Positions 34,901 through 48,172 of a DNA stretch of 64,000 nt are shown piece after piece. The translations under genes were made by a program, and so were the position numbers. Positions within the stretch are counted from its first letter, which is position 1. The number at the start of each line of letters is the position of its first letter. Origin of the DNA: Eledone cirrhosa (Eukaryota); the NCBI GenBank assembly GCA_964016885.1, contig OZ024751.1, forward strand, positions 5,890,001-5,954,000. The letters run 5' to 3'. The notes under the pieces are model-generated. The model saw only the letters and a program-made list of their open reading frames with translations. It did not search any database and was not told the DNA's origin.

Positions 34901-37230
34901 GAAAGTGTACAAAACGATATCCCAGGCCGTTTTTACAGGAAACACAGACTGGCGGTGACGTATATCTGTTGTATAGGCGCAGGAGACCTGAAGACAGTGG
35001 GTTCACAGCAAAAAGTTGGTGAACGTGAAATCGGCAACAGCTGGATAGTGCCATATTGCCCCCTCCTTTTGAAAGCGTTCAACGCCAATATAAACGTCGA
35101 ATTTTGTAACTCAGTAAAACCAATTAAATACGTTTGTAAGTACGTAAACAAGAGATAGGATGCTGCCGTATTTGGTCTTCGTCATGAAAACAGTAGAGAC
35201 GAGGTATCTGACTACCAAGCAGGCCGATACATTAGCAGCAATGAAGCCTTTTGGCGCGTTTTCAGCTTCCCACTGCACCAACGACACCCCGTCTTTAAAC
35301 AACTTGCCGTTCACCTTGAAAACGGTCAACGGGTGTATTTCAATGATGCAACAGCTGCTCAGCTAGCGATCTCACCAAAGGAAACTACGCTCACCTCTTT
35401 TTTCAAACTTTGTCAACACGACGACTTCGTTCGAACTCTGCTGTATTCTGAGATACCGTCTTACTATACATGAAACAGGATAAAATGGCTACGAAGGAAG
35501 GTAGGGCAAGAGGTGTTTGGACATCCAGGCATCAAATTCGACAATTGCCTTGGGCGAGTTTATACGGTCCACCCTACCCAACACGAATGCTTCTACCTGC
35601 GACTTCTACTTCATGAGGTAAGAGGGCCGACTAGCTTCACTCATCTGAGAACCGTCGATCGATACGCCTGCGCAACGTACAGGGAAGCCTGCTTGAGGCG
35701 TGGACTTTTAGAAGATGACGCACAATGGGATGCAACCTTGACGGAAGCTGCCATCTTACATTTCTCCCGTAGTCTAAGAGCACTTTTTGCTATCCTCTTG
35801 CACGTCTGTGAATTGCGCGATCCTTACTCTTTATGGCAAAAGTTTAAAGATGATTTCGCAGACGAATATAGGCGTCTCGCTCAATTGCAATCTCAAAACT
35901 TAGATTTCAGACGCTATATATATAATAGAGCTCTGATCGATATTGAAGACAGACTGGCTTCAATGGGTGGAGATGTCTTGGAGAAATATGGGCTTCCGCA
36001 AAGACTTCGAGATGAGCCATCTGACATTCCCAACGTCATTATACGTGAAACGTCATATGATGTCGACGAGCTCAAAAGGTATGTTGAAGAGAATGAACCA
36101 AAACTTCTAATGGATCAAAAACAAGCCTACAACATTGTCGTTGATTCCATCTGTAATCGGGGAGGGCGTATATTCTTCCTGGACGCACCTGGAGACACGG
36201 GAAAAACATTTGTAATCACTCTTTTACTCGCTGCAGTGAGGCAACACGGAAACATCGCATTGGCCGTGGCTTCTTCCGGCATAGCAGCAAATTTGCTGCC
36301 TGGTGACAGGACGGCCCATTCTTCAGTATTTCTCTCAACGTGGCATCATCTCAGACACCCACATGCAAAATCAGCAAGTCTTCCGGAAAAGCGCTGGTGT
36401 TAAAGCGCTGCCTACTAATTGTTTGGGACGAATGCACAATGGCCCACAGGGCGGCTTTTGAGGCATTACACCGGTCACTCAAAGACATCAGAGACTGTTA
36501 AGAACGAATGGGAGGTGTCATGTTCCTGTTATCTGGGGACTTCCGACATACTCTGCCTGTAATCCCAAAAGGTACGCGGGCTGATGAGGTTGGTGCATGC
36601 CTTAAGGCCTCCCCCTTTGCCATTATGTAAGAAAGCTGACGCTTACAAAAAACATATGAGCACAACTGCAAGGTGATGAGACATCAGCGGGTTTTGCTGC
36701 TGCCATTCTGTTGTTGGGAGATGGCAAAGTCCCACTCGACGGAGATGGTACAGCCGACCTCACAGGGATTTGCAGATGCGTTAAGTCAATTGCTAAGTTA
36801 CGGACGTCTGTTTTTCCTAATCTTAAGGAGAACTACACAAATAAAGAGTGGTTGTGTGAACGCGTAATATTGGCTTCGAAAAACCACATAGTTGGAGGCA
36901 CCAATGAACAGCTCCTGCTGTGCTTGCCTAGAAACTTGCATGTCTTCAAGTCCCTTCACACTATGGCTGATCCGGAGGAAGTTGTTAATTACCCCACAGA
37001 ATTTCTTAACTCCCTAGACTCTCCCGGATTGCCACCACACTTACTGCGACTTAAGAAAGGTGCCCCTGTCATGCTCCTCAGAAATTTGGAACCCCGAAGG
37101 CTTTCCAACGGCACGCGTCTGGTCCTCCAAAAGGCGATGCCTCATGTTATTGAGGAAATAATACTTACAGGATGTGGTAAGGGGGATACTGTCTTCATAC
37201 CAAGGATACCTCTCATTCCATCCGGTAAAG
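31939..37230 (+). mobile_element. Decayed autonomous Helitron, 3'-truncated
   Basis: 5' TCTATATATATAAAACAGAAGATGTCTGTCTG terminus, 34-bp tandem repeat ~32567-32643, and RepHel coding remnants. Confidence 0.9.
32935..37225 (+). pseudogene. Helitron RepHel (HUH Rep plus PIF1-like helicase)
   Basis: GRPDIFITFTCNPKW, VEWEKRGLPHAHIL, IKYVCKYVNK; LDAPGDTGKTF, VWDECTM, SGDFR, PVMLLRNL..LSNGTRL, FIPRIPL. Many frameshifts and stops; last helicase motifs absent. Confidence 0.92.
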
Positions 37231-37232
37231 AC

Positions 37233-37511
37233 AAGTTCCTTATATTAAAAAATTCATCATTTTACGATCGTTTCTGCTATGTGTATGTGTGTTGGTATGT
37301 ATATCATATAGATCTATGTAAAAATATTACGAATTATCAGAGGAAATATACATACCTTCACATATATACGCGGCATCTATATGTGAAGGTATGTATATTT
37401 CCTCTGATAATTTGTACTATTTTTACATAGATATATATGATATACATACCAACACACATATACATCCCAGAAACGATCGTAAAATGATGAATTTTTTAAT
37501 ATAAGGAACTT
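37233..37511. repeat. ~135-bp-arm fold-back abutting the truncated Helitron
   Basis: Near-perfect inverted repeat centred ~37371 containing GAAACGATCGTA. Confidence 0.85.
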
Positions 37512-37683
37512 CTTCTTTGTTTTTATTTCATTGTTTTTACTAATTTATCTTGACTCTGTTTTCCTATGATTTTTATCGTAAATTTTTGAATGCATCTTCT
37601 CTTTTCATGATATCTTCTATATTTGGATTACATTGATTTCTTCATACGGATTGGACACTACCGTATATTTTGGTAGATTTATC

Positions 37684-37744
<61 letters not shown>

Positions 37745-37747
<3 letters not shown>

Positions 37748-37936
37748 AACATTTTTAACCACGACGGCAGAGCTCAAGCCGTTTCGACGGCTATTTAGAC
37801 GGCGAGTCCAGAAATAGCCGTCGAAACGGCTTGAGTTCTGCTGTCGGGCTTAAACATATTCATATTACGCACTCTACTACCCTAGTTCTCTGGTGCGTTA
37901 TGGTCCATCTGGTTCCTTACCACACTTCCTTCGTTA
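37745..37936. mobile_element. Family B short fold-back fragment
   Basis: Same structure as 3530-3727, with (TA)n flanks. Confidence 0.7.
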
Positions 37937-37990
37937 TATATATATACACACACGATGAAGAATTTGCTTCAATCTTTCCCGGTGGGAGCA

Positions 37991-38050
<60 letters not shown>

Positions 38051-38397
38051 TGTTATATGCACACTAAAATCTTCAGCTCATAATAAGTTTAAAAACAATC
38101 GAATTAGTCATTGACAGTTAAAGTTCTTGTTGTCGAGGATAGTCCAGGCAGCAGAGCATTAAAATTCAAAATGTCAAAATTCAAGGTTAACTTAAATCCA
38201 TTCTTTAATTTCTACGTCCGTATCAATAGGGTTACAATAGTTAATGCTTAGGAAAACAATCGGAAATAATTAATAAGCAATTATTAACACTATACAAAAT
38301 ATACATAACTGCTATCGGTATTCTTAATTCCTTGGCATATACAAATACATGCATATACTTGTGCGTTAATATGTATTTGCGTTTGATGTTATAGTCC

Positions 38398-38437
<40 letters not shown>

Positions 38438-38523
38438 TAAATGGTAAGCAGAAATAACAACACAATCGGTACAGTATACGAAAAGAATATATAAGGTTAA
38501 CGCTTTAAATAGCAGAAGGAGGG

Positions 38524-38559
38524 TCTTAACATTTCGGACGCTAGTCCTTCATCAGTAGA
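38524..38559 (-). ncRNA. Minimal hammerhead in family F copy 38440-38690
   Basis: TCTA-CTGATGA-A-GGAC tagc GTCC-GAAA-TG-TT-AAGA. Confidence 0.7.
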
Positions 38560-38713
38560 AAGAATGACGAATAGAAATTAGATAGATTGAAGAGACGGGG
38601 GCAGGGTGGAATTGGAAAAATTGTATTTAGATGAAAATAACAGGTCCATTCATGTTGACATATCTTGGAAAACTGTTGATGCTTGCGTTTTGTGTATGTT
38701 ATATTTTTTTAGA

Positions 38714-38750
<37 letters not shown>

Positions 38751-39146
38751 GATAGAACCAGTTTTCAACTAATTAGGCCAGTACTCAATAGAGTACTCGA
38801 TACTTGGGATAGTAGAGTATGGATATGTTATAAAGAGTCGGGACTCGACGGCTGAGCACTTGCCATTTCAACAGCTATTTCCAGACAGATTGCTATCCGA
38901 TGGCATGTGTCTCGATAGATGTACACTAACATTATCTCTGTATAACTGGACAAAGTATCAAACAACACGAAATAGTTTTCTATTTACAAGATGTCCTATA
39001 ATACTAAGCGTTTAATTAAATCAGATAGAGCAGCTTGTATTTTAAAGGAATTCTTAGAAATTTAGTCCGAACAATATATTACTGGTGTGTTGACATAGTA
39101 TTTGTTCCGTCTTCTGTGCGAAAATGTATCAATGAATATGTCTAGT

Positions 39147-39230
39147 GAAGGCACGTGGCTTAGTAGTTAGAGAGTTGGTGATGCGTTGTGTCCTTGAGTA
39201 AGACACTTTATCTCACGATGCTTTTTTCTG
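39147..39230 (+). mobile_element. Degenerate CORE-type SINE head
   Basis: GGCACGTGGCTTAGTAGTTAG head and TGTGTCCTTGAGTAAGACACTT core-like segment. Confidence 0.55.
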
Positions 39231-39400
39231 CCAGGAGTTGCGACCGGCTGATATAATCAGCAATGGAAAGACCCATGAAAACATTGTTTCCATGGTCCTA
39301 TTCGATAAGGCCTACCCCACTCGGCAAGCGAATGAGGTTTGGAATCTTGTAGCTCGATCAGAGCGAGCGAATGTCTATACATTTTTAGCTTACGTTGCCC

Positions 39401-39436
<36 letters not shown>

Positions 39437-39441
<5 letters not shown>

Positions 39442-39995
39442 AATCAAAGAACTGTTCAAAACATGTTTGTGCTTACAACTGTTACCTCCAAACCGAGGTT
39501 TGGCTTCTTCGGAGCAAGTTATTAATGAATGGACAGTTATATGACCTCCTTTTCATTTCTCCACACACAGAGTATAACAATCATATAAAGAATTTGCCAC
39601 CAGATCAACCAACCTAACACTCTTGTTTACCTATCTAAGGTCTTCTACTACACGTAACTCTCTGCCACACCATATAAACAAGACGCACGTGCTTGCCACA
39701 CATATAACATTTGCACTATATAACCGCTTATTTTCATGTTGTATTTTAACCTGTATTTTTGATTTTTGATTGTACTTTTTAATATGAATGTAATCTCTAA
39801 GTGTGTACTGCCACTCTAAATGCTGTAATGAATGTTGACCCACAATATTTGCATATGTATCTGTATGTCTCTTGGGTGAAAAGGAGGTCATATAACTGTC
39901 CATTCATTACTAAATTGCTCCGAAGAATCCAAACCTCGGTTTGGAGGAAACAGTTGTAAGCACAAAAATGTTTTGAACAGTTCTTTGATTCTTAT
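39437..39995. mobile_element. Family H fold-back element with HHR 39916-39962 (+)
   Basis: Arms ~39437-39560 / ~39875-39995. TGCT-CCGAAGA-A-TCCAAAC ctcg GTTTGGA-G-GAAA-CAGTTG-TA-AGCA. Confidence 0.7.
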
Positions 39996-40728
39996 ATTTC
40001 ATATAACTGCTCTGTAAATCATCTGATGTTTTTACATTGAGCTACTTAACTTACTGGTAATAAGGTAGTAATATATTACTGCCTATCACTATTTAGGGTT
40101 TGTATAAAAAAATACATATAACTGCAAAAGGTTTTTGTATTTACATAACCATAAATAGTATAATTAATACTATATATATATATATATCATTAACGTGTCG
40201 TTTTATTCAATGTATGTCACCATTTGTAAAATATCGTTAGTTAAGGGCTGTACTCTCATCGTTAGTTTTCTGCAGTGGTTCTCAAATATGAACTTATAAC
40301 CACTTTCACCAATTATCTCTTTAATTTTATCATTAAAATAATATAATTATCAGTCGACCATTTACAATATCTCCTTCCGTTCATTTAAGTGTATTGGATA
40401 GATTTAAGTAGCAGAATATTTAAGATATAATATAGATCATATAATCACACAAACACAAACTCAAGCACACTGCGAACACACACTCATGTACATACTCATA
40501 AACTCACTTATGTACACACACGCATGCACACAGACACATTCATTTTAACATACAATGTAGATCATAAAATCACACAAACACAAACTAAATCACTCTAAAA
40601 ACACACATACAGGCACATAATCCCACGAAAAAACACGCAAAAACACACAAAAAAAACACGCACGCATATACAGATCCCACGCAACGCCTGTTCCCGCACA
40701 CATACGAACGCATACAGAAAATACACAT

Positions 40729-40772
<44 letters not shown>

Positions 40773-41149
40773 CGCGTGTATACATAATATATATATAAAT
40801 ACACACATAAATACGTAAATAACGCGCGCACACACATACCTACATGTAAATACACATATGTACGCGGACTACGTCAACCAAAACACAAAGTACACATATA
40901 CACACACCCTACATACGTACGAATCCGCATACTCACGCAGACGCAAACACACGTATACACATAACATAATGCACATGTACCAGTATATATAATATATACG
41001 CCATAACATATACAAGCAAGTATACGTACCTTCACAAAACATACAAGTAATGTATGCTTACCTATACGAATAAGTAATGGTATAAACATAAAATATATTT
41101 AGCTACCACATCAAGACGTAAATTATCCGCGTATTGTTCGTACTATCCG

Positions 41150-43245
41150 TTAGGCTATAAAGTGGGGCTGTATTACAAGAAAGTTTTGTGAAACTTATGT
41201 TTACAAGCCGAAATTGCCTCAGATTTTTTTGTTTAAGATGTGGTCATTGGCGTAGAGAATTTCCAGGGCTTAAGCGGCGCAGAGGTCACAAGGTCTTTTA
41301 TTTCCGTTATACGATCTAGCCTTAGCTATGATTTCCCAGTGTAACCTATATTGGGTGTGGTTGTCTTTTAGACTCCAAATATAAGCTTAAAGTGACGTCA
41401 TATTCCTTCTTAAAGGGTTAAGAAAAGAATGGGCATGGATGTAAAGACGCTGCTTGAATCTATTGGCGGTTAACCTTATGTAGGCCCTATGGGACGTGGG
41501 TGTCTCAAAATTGCATTTGTAGACAATGTAACTAGAGAGGCATTTCCCGGATAGGGGGCAGTCAACCCGATTCCTACAATTACAGTTAGTACTAGCTACA
41601 GGGTTGCATGTATTCGTACGACTAGGAAATTTAGCTAGATTTGAAGCAGTGATGTTATGTGCAAGGTTAGGAGTCGTAGAGTAAGACATTTTAATGGTAT
41701 TTATATTCAAAATTATATTATATTTATGTGCTGGGGGGAAATTCTTCATAATAAGGGAGAGAAAGATCTTAGCTAATGGTGTGGCTACCTCCATATTATA
41801 TGGTGGGTTATACCATATAATGCGTCGGGATATATTTTTCCTAGGTCTATTCTCATACACGGTATATGCTACCTTATCGACAAATCCACTCTGAGCAAGA
41901 GCTTCATGTGGAATGGTCGGTGATAATATGCCCGTATGTAGATAGACGAGAAAGCCTCAAAGAAACGTTTCTTATCAGGTTCTTCGTTATGCTGGCAGGA
42001 TGGTTAGAATGCTTGCTTATGTAATTAAGCGTATCATTGGGCTTTCTATACGGGTAGTGCAAGCCATTCGAGAAATTGAGGGTAACGTGGATGTAATTAA
42101 CGACAGAGAGGTTGGCCTCAACCTGGATGGAGAGGCTGAAGCCTTTAAGGAAGGCTGTGAATTCTTTTCTGAACCTGTCGCAAGCGCCTGGGCCGCACTT
42201 AGTCATGGTCAAAAACCCGTCATCACGGTACAAACCACCGCCCACGTTGAGGAATTCTTTCTTGATAGAGAAAAGAAGGAAAACGCCGATAAGATCAGTA
42301 ACATCCGCAGAATCACTGGCGCCCATACTCACATCGAATGGGGTACTATTAGATTTTTTAATCCAAATAGAGTCGTCGAAATTAATCACCGACTTACGGG
42401 CATTGAGGATGACATCAACTTCGAAATCCTTAACCACCGTGAGTGTTTTAGCGAAATTGATAGTTCTAAGAAGAAGTGATAAAGTGACAGAGGAGTAGTA
42501 ATTATTGATGTCGAATTGGATAAAACGGCAATGTTCCTTTTTGCATATGCCGTTGAACCAATCAATCACCGCGAAAGAATTGTTCCACAGTGCAAGAGGG
42601 GCCAAGCTTCAAATTTAAGGTATAATTCTTTCTAAAATCTTTTTTACTAAGCCTACCTAAATCGGACTTCGTTGGGTTAATAAGCCGAATAGAGGGCTTG
42701 TTCGGGAAATTGGATTTCTGATCCTTCAGGGTAAAGTGGAGAGAAATAGGGCCCAGAAGAGGTTCAGTCCTGTCCATGATGTTGAGATCAAAGGAGATTT
42801 TAAACCCAGCATCATTGATGTCATTAATGACACTCCGATTAGTTTTACGGTAATCCTTAGTTACAGCATTATGCAGCAGTTGATGGTAAGTACTCCGCTC
42901 CACTTGATATAGATTGCCAGTTTTGTCGGATTGGACGTGGACGCCATTAGAATCCTTAATAGAAAGAATTCTATTCTTCAGGGCCTGATGGAAGGAATTG
43001 CTCCTATTCCGAAATTTGAAACTCCGTATGAGTTCCAAGACATCAATTTCGAAGGGTAGCAATGCTGCCTTACTCGGAGGGTTATTTTAGGTTTTAAACC
43101 CCAATTTATCTTGTTTGTTGTCCGCTTTTCCCTGATTATCGAAATAAAAGGCACGCCAACGCAACCTTTTAATGAACGAGTCTGTTTTCTGTAACAGGAA
43201 TTTTAGGTATTTCTTCCTGCTTGGTACGGGTATGTTATTTGTAGA
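41150..43245 (-). pseudogene. Near full-length decayed Naiad-type PLE ORF (RT plus GIY-YIG)
   Basis: NIPVP..FIKRLRWRAF, SDKTGNLY, TLKDQK..RLINPTKS, QFDINNYYSS, FDVSMGASD, GLYRDDG, WYNPPY, CNC..CP..C, IVYKC..YI, CDLC, LNKK..SACKH. 43270-43370 is an inverted copy of 40841-40940. Confidence 0.9.
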
Positions 43246-45284
43246 AGTATTCAGATGTTGTTTCTGAATTGTGTGTGTATGCGGGTTTGCACGTATGTAG
43301 GGTGTGTGTATATGTGTACTTTGTGTTTTCGTTGACGTATGTTCAGCGAACATATGTGTATTTACATGTATCGTCTTCCTGTCTTCCTTCGGTTGCAACG
43401 TTTTTCGAAATATTTACTTCTGCGTTCACAGATTGATTATTTTAGGTTTCAAAAGATCCCGTTAAGGGTGAAAGCAGTGATTCTTTGCTTAAACTTTAAT
43501 CTGTTATTTCAATAAATATATGCTCTACGGTTCTTATATATTTGATATATATTTATCCTTATCGAGCCCTCTTTGGATTTTAGTCTTCAAATTTATTATT
43601 ATTACAATATATATATATATATATATATATACATCCATATGTAAAATTATATTAGATAAATGCTTATCTGTAGATATGCATGTATGGCTCCTTTTGGAAT
43701 ACGTGTATGCGTCTAGTTTGTAATTTTACATAAAATATATCGGAAATGAAGTAGGAAATTTGAAGAAAATGTATAATATATTACACATGTGGCTCTATTT
43801 TTAAATATCTAATTATAATATAACTGATTGCAGTCTCCCCCCCCCCACTCTCTCTCTCTCAAAAAATGACATTTTAAAATGTCTGGCAAAGAATTTCGTC
43901 ATATTTTTGTTTTCCAACTCTACTTGAGAAATCATTCAGCCATAATATATTTTTATATGGCTGTTATCATCTTTGAGTTCAATAGAAGACAAACATTTTA
44001 ATAGTGTAGAGTTACACTGCATCAATAAATGTCGCCTTACGTAATATTCAGTGTCTTTTCAGTAGACTTATATTTGCTGATTCGAGCACATCGACATCTA
44101 GCTATTGTGAATGTGCATTTGTTAAAATAAGAATAATTCGGGCATAATAAGTACACCGGTAATAGCAATAACCTGTGTGATTATAAAATTACGCTTCGTC
44201 TGTGTAATTATACTTCGCGTCTTAATATGCCTCTCTTTTGATCAGGTTTACGTGTATGTTTAGTTTTAGATCTAGTATGAGATTTAATGTTATCGATAGG
44301 TTTAGTAGTATTATTGTTTGGGAAAAATTAGGTTTGCGGTTGGGTTTGGAGTTCGGGTCAGCTGTGGGTTTATGGTTAGTGTCAGATTTAGGTTAATATT
44401 TAGGGTTAGAGGTATGGTCAGGTTTATGCTTTGGATTAGGTTTCGAATTGCATAATCAAATATATTTGCCATAAAGGGAATTTGATAATCGATTATTTAT
44501 GTAATAAGAAAATACTATCCAAAACAATTCTGCCACTCGGTATTTTATTCATACTGTTAGAGACCGGCGATGTTTATTTGAACATTAACAATTTAAACTG
44601 ACGGCCGGCTTCTTGCTAACATGTTCGTAGAAATTCACATTTAAATGGGTATAAATTGGCACAAATAATAACAAACGACAAAATGGTTGGATAACATCCA
44701 TGAGCTTGACTATTCACGCTTGGGGATTCCAGCCGGATTAGTTGGAGACGGTTGTTTCTGACAGAACCCGGTGGAAGGAGTGTTTGAGGACTCTTCCCCC
44801 ACGAACCTCTTCCCCGGGAATAAGTGGGCGAAGAAAAAGAAGAAGATAACAACGAACATTTATCACCATGTAACACAAAACGACCATTTACACTTTAACG
44901 TATCGACCAGCCTAACTGGAAAGGTCATCTCAAGTACGTAGCTAAACTAATCTTTCATATGAATGACAAATACATCAAAGTAGCAACATACACATCAATA
45001 TTAGCTACCTGCAGAACAACCTGAAATATAGCTCGGCTCAAAGACTGCACTAAATCGTAGATTCATATAGAATAGCTTACTTTTTACATGGAATCTCTAA
45101 TAGCTTTTTTGCAGGTTTTACCTCTTTGTAATGCTGTGATCAGCAGTATCACACCTTTCAGCAAACAACTGTTCTGCAAACTTCATACTGTTCAGAGATG
45201 ACAAATCACTCTGCTATCGATCCACTATACAAGGGATTCTGACAGCTATCGCACCTCGTTGGGACAGCTGTGGACCCACCCGAT

Positions 45285-45481
45285 GAATAATTTTGTTTCT
45301 ACTTTTTGGCACAAGGCCAGCAATTATCGCAGTGTATTACTGGTACTTTATTTTATCGACCCCGTAAGGATGAAAGGCAAAATCCACCTCGGCGGGATTT
45401 GAACTCAGATCGTAAAGGGACGTAACTATACTGGAAAGCATGGCGCCCGACCCTCTACCGATACTGCCAATCCACCGCCCT
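45285..45481 (-). mobile_element. tRNA-derived SINE
   Basis: Reverse complement of the 1454-1647 family. Confidence 0.85.
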
Positions 45482-45974
45482 GTTATAAATACTGTTATAT
45501 AATGCCATAGATTTGGTGTAAGGATGGCATATTTGATGCAGAACTCGAGATAATGATAATCAAAGTGAAGCCTGGTAGGCATTAAAATTGTAATCATACC
45601 ATACTAAGGTATTTAGAATATACTAAATATGTTTAGTATTTTTGTTTTTTTCACTGTATTCTTATTTGTAGCAATGTCAATATAAAAAATGTCTATTACC
45701 ACATGCTACCAATGAAAGCTCTTTATGTCTTGTATCTTATCGAGTCACAGACTATGATATACGCACTCAACCAATGGAGAGACCAAAACGTTACTACTAC
45801 GAGGATAACTTTCCTGTATTCTAGTGGTTCTGTGTTTTTAACCCTTTAAATATGTGTAGTAATAATTCAATTTTTCTACATCATATAAGGTCTGTCTTAA
45901 GCTAGAACACTCCTTAAGATGGTGTTTATGTCGATTTAATAACGTAAATCGACTAAGAGTAAACAACCCTTCCT

Positions 45975-46158
45975 GGACAGGACGCCTGTGAATCGAAGGA
46001 TTAAATCTCCAGCTATTTCTGGTTCTCATCTTTAGCTGAGTATAGGGGAGCAACGTGAAATGAAGTGTTCTGCACAAGAACTTAACATGCAACCAAATCC
46101 ATGAATCGAACCGACTACATTATGATCGTACGTCCAACACCATTACCATTAAGCCGCG
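45975..46158 (-). mobile_element. Degenerate CORE-type SINE
   Basis: Minus strand has a tRNA-like head with GGTTCGATTC, then TTCTTGTGCAGAACACTTCATTTCACGTTGCTCC..ACTCAGCT. Confidence 0.55.
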
Positions 46159-46494
46159 TTATTTATAATTTAAGTTTATCCACATTGGGAAGCTTCGTGT
46201 TATGCTGTAACTTGAATCGATCTTTAAAGCATCAAACTTTAACGAGACGTCATAAGATTTATATTAGGATTGTCTGTTGCATATTAAGAACAGAGTCGTC
46301 TATTATGCAGTAGTTGTGGGAAATCGCGTCAGGTTAGCAAACAATCAATTCTGTCATCTCTACCTCTCATCACCATGAGTAGTTGGGAACACCTGCATTC
46401 CCCTTAACCTGAAGGAAATACAAGTATAAAATTTAAAATGACACTGTACACACCAGTTTCCTGTCAAATATATATATATATATATATATATATA

Positions 46495-47121
46495 CCAACA
46501 GGACCTCGAGGAAGTCGATCACTTTACCTATCTGGGCAGCATCCTGACAAGCAGCGACGACGCGGAGCTCGAAATCAACTGTCGGATCGGCAAAGGAGCC
46601 GCAGTTTTCCAGCGGCTGTGCCCAGCCTGGTCGTCTTCATGCATTAGCACCAAGACCAAGCTCCGCCTGTACAAGAGCATCGTGCTGCCAACAGTGCTTT
46701 ATGCGAGCAAGACCTGGAAGAGTACCTCAAAAATAGAGAGACGGCTGAACGCTTTCCACCAGCGGTGCCTGCGAAAGATCCTTCGTGTGTCCTGGCGCGA
46801 TCGAGAACGAAAGAGGAGATCCTGCGGAGAGCCGAGGCGTGGACGCTACAGAGAGTGGTCACGGAGCGTCGGTGCCATCTGGTTGGCCATATTCTGCGTC
46901 TGCCAAATGAATGGCATTCGAAAACAGCGATGAACTAGACTCCGCCTGGCGGTAAACGGAGGCGGGGTTGCCCAAGGATCACCTGGCAACGAATGTTCCG
47001 GAAGGACCTGATGGCAGCCAACATCACCTGGCACGGTCTCGAAAAAGTTGCCACTGATCGTGACCGTTGGCGAGTACTTACTGCTCGATGTACCGAACGG
47101 CGCGGAAGAATCTAAGACAAG
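46495..47121 (+). mobile_element. 5'-truncated RTE-clade LINE
   Basis: LEEVDHFTYLGS..EINCRIGK..TKLRLYKSIVLPTVLYASKTW..FHQRCLRKIL..GHILR..GKRRRG..DRDRWR, with stop at 47113-47115. Confidence 0.9.
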
Positions 47122-47659
47122 ATATATGTATATATATATAACGGATTGCCTTGATTATATTTTTTTAAATTCAGGTTCGTTTCTATTTTTATAACTAAAT
47201 TATATATGTTTTGTTAATTTGTTCCATTTTATTGATTTATTTTATGAAGATTTGACGGTGATTCCATTTTCCTAAGGGTTTGTTAATATCGTTTAAATTA
47301 TTCTCACTTATAGTTCGAAATTATCAGCCTTATTCCAGGTTTAAATTTTCTTCTCCCAAAATAGTTGCTTCTTCAACAGCAACATAGATTGCCATCAGCT
47401 CTAGAAATCTCTGAATCCTAGAAATACATGTCATCCAAAGGGAATACTAACAAGCAATCAAGTAAAATCATAATTGAAAATATTTCGAACAAGTAATTGC
47501 ATATATACATATAGATAAAAGATAAATATCCCATGACTCGTTGTGGAATGGTAGAGACACCGTGATACGGCATGTCAAGAACAGATTTAAACATGCTGGA
47601 GCCCAACCCTCTACACGTCTGAACAGAGCCGATTTTTTCTATATACGAAGAGCCCACCC

Positions 47660-47820
47660 CAGCAATGGACTGGTACATGTTTTATCGACCTTGATAGGAT
47701 GAAAGGCAAAGTTGCCCACAGCGGGATTTGAACTTTGAACTCAGAGCGCGAAATGAGATGGGACGAATAGCGTAAAGTATTGTATCCGACGTCTTAACCA
47801 TTCTGCCAATTTGTCGCCTA
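47660..47820 (-). mobile_element. tRNA-derived SINE (diverged)
   Basis: TTTATCGACC..AGGATGAAAGGCAAAG..GGATTTGAACT. Confidence 0.7.
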
Positions 47821-47988
47821 TATATATATAGAGAGAGACAACAGTAATACAGGTCTTCGGAAAAAACCCAAGGTGTGTATTATAGAAGGTGACCAAATAT
47901 CTGTATTATTTAAATATACACTGATGGAAAGGTATTCCTTTAAGTATATATGACATTACGCAGTTATATTCTTCAGCAATATAAGATT

Positions 47989-48172
47989 AATAATTGTTTC
48001 TACTTTTGGCACAAGGCCAGCAATTATTATACGTTTCTAGTACTTTACTTTATCGACCCCGTAAGGATGAAAGGCTAAGTTAACCTTGGCAGGATTTGAA
48101 CTCGGACCGTAAAGGGCCGTACTCTATGCTACAAAGCATGGTGTCCGACCCTCTACTGATACTACCAATCCT
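47989..48172 (-). mobile_element. tRNA-derived SINE
   Basis: Reverse complement of the 1454-1647 family. Confidence 0.8.

Noticed and set aside
38835-39000. Divergent family B-like hammerhead on the minus strand
   Set aside because: The 3' half is recognisable but the 5' core (TTGTAAA) and stem I are too degraded to call.
41150-43245. Selenoprotein-type Naiad (in-frame TGA at Cys plus SECIS)
   Set aside because: The conserved Cys codons I checked here and at 5380-5765 are TGT/TGC. The TGA at ~5532 is at a non-Cys position and fits CpG decay. No SECIS was seen.
43444-43494. Hammerhead-like GTTT-CAAAAGA-T-CCC..GGG-T-GAAA-GCA..TGC-TT-AAAC
   Set aside because: Two core mismatches and a single copy; at best a dead relic.
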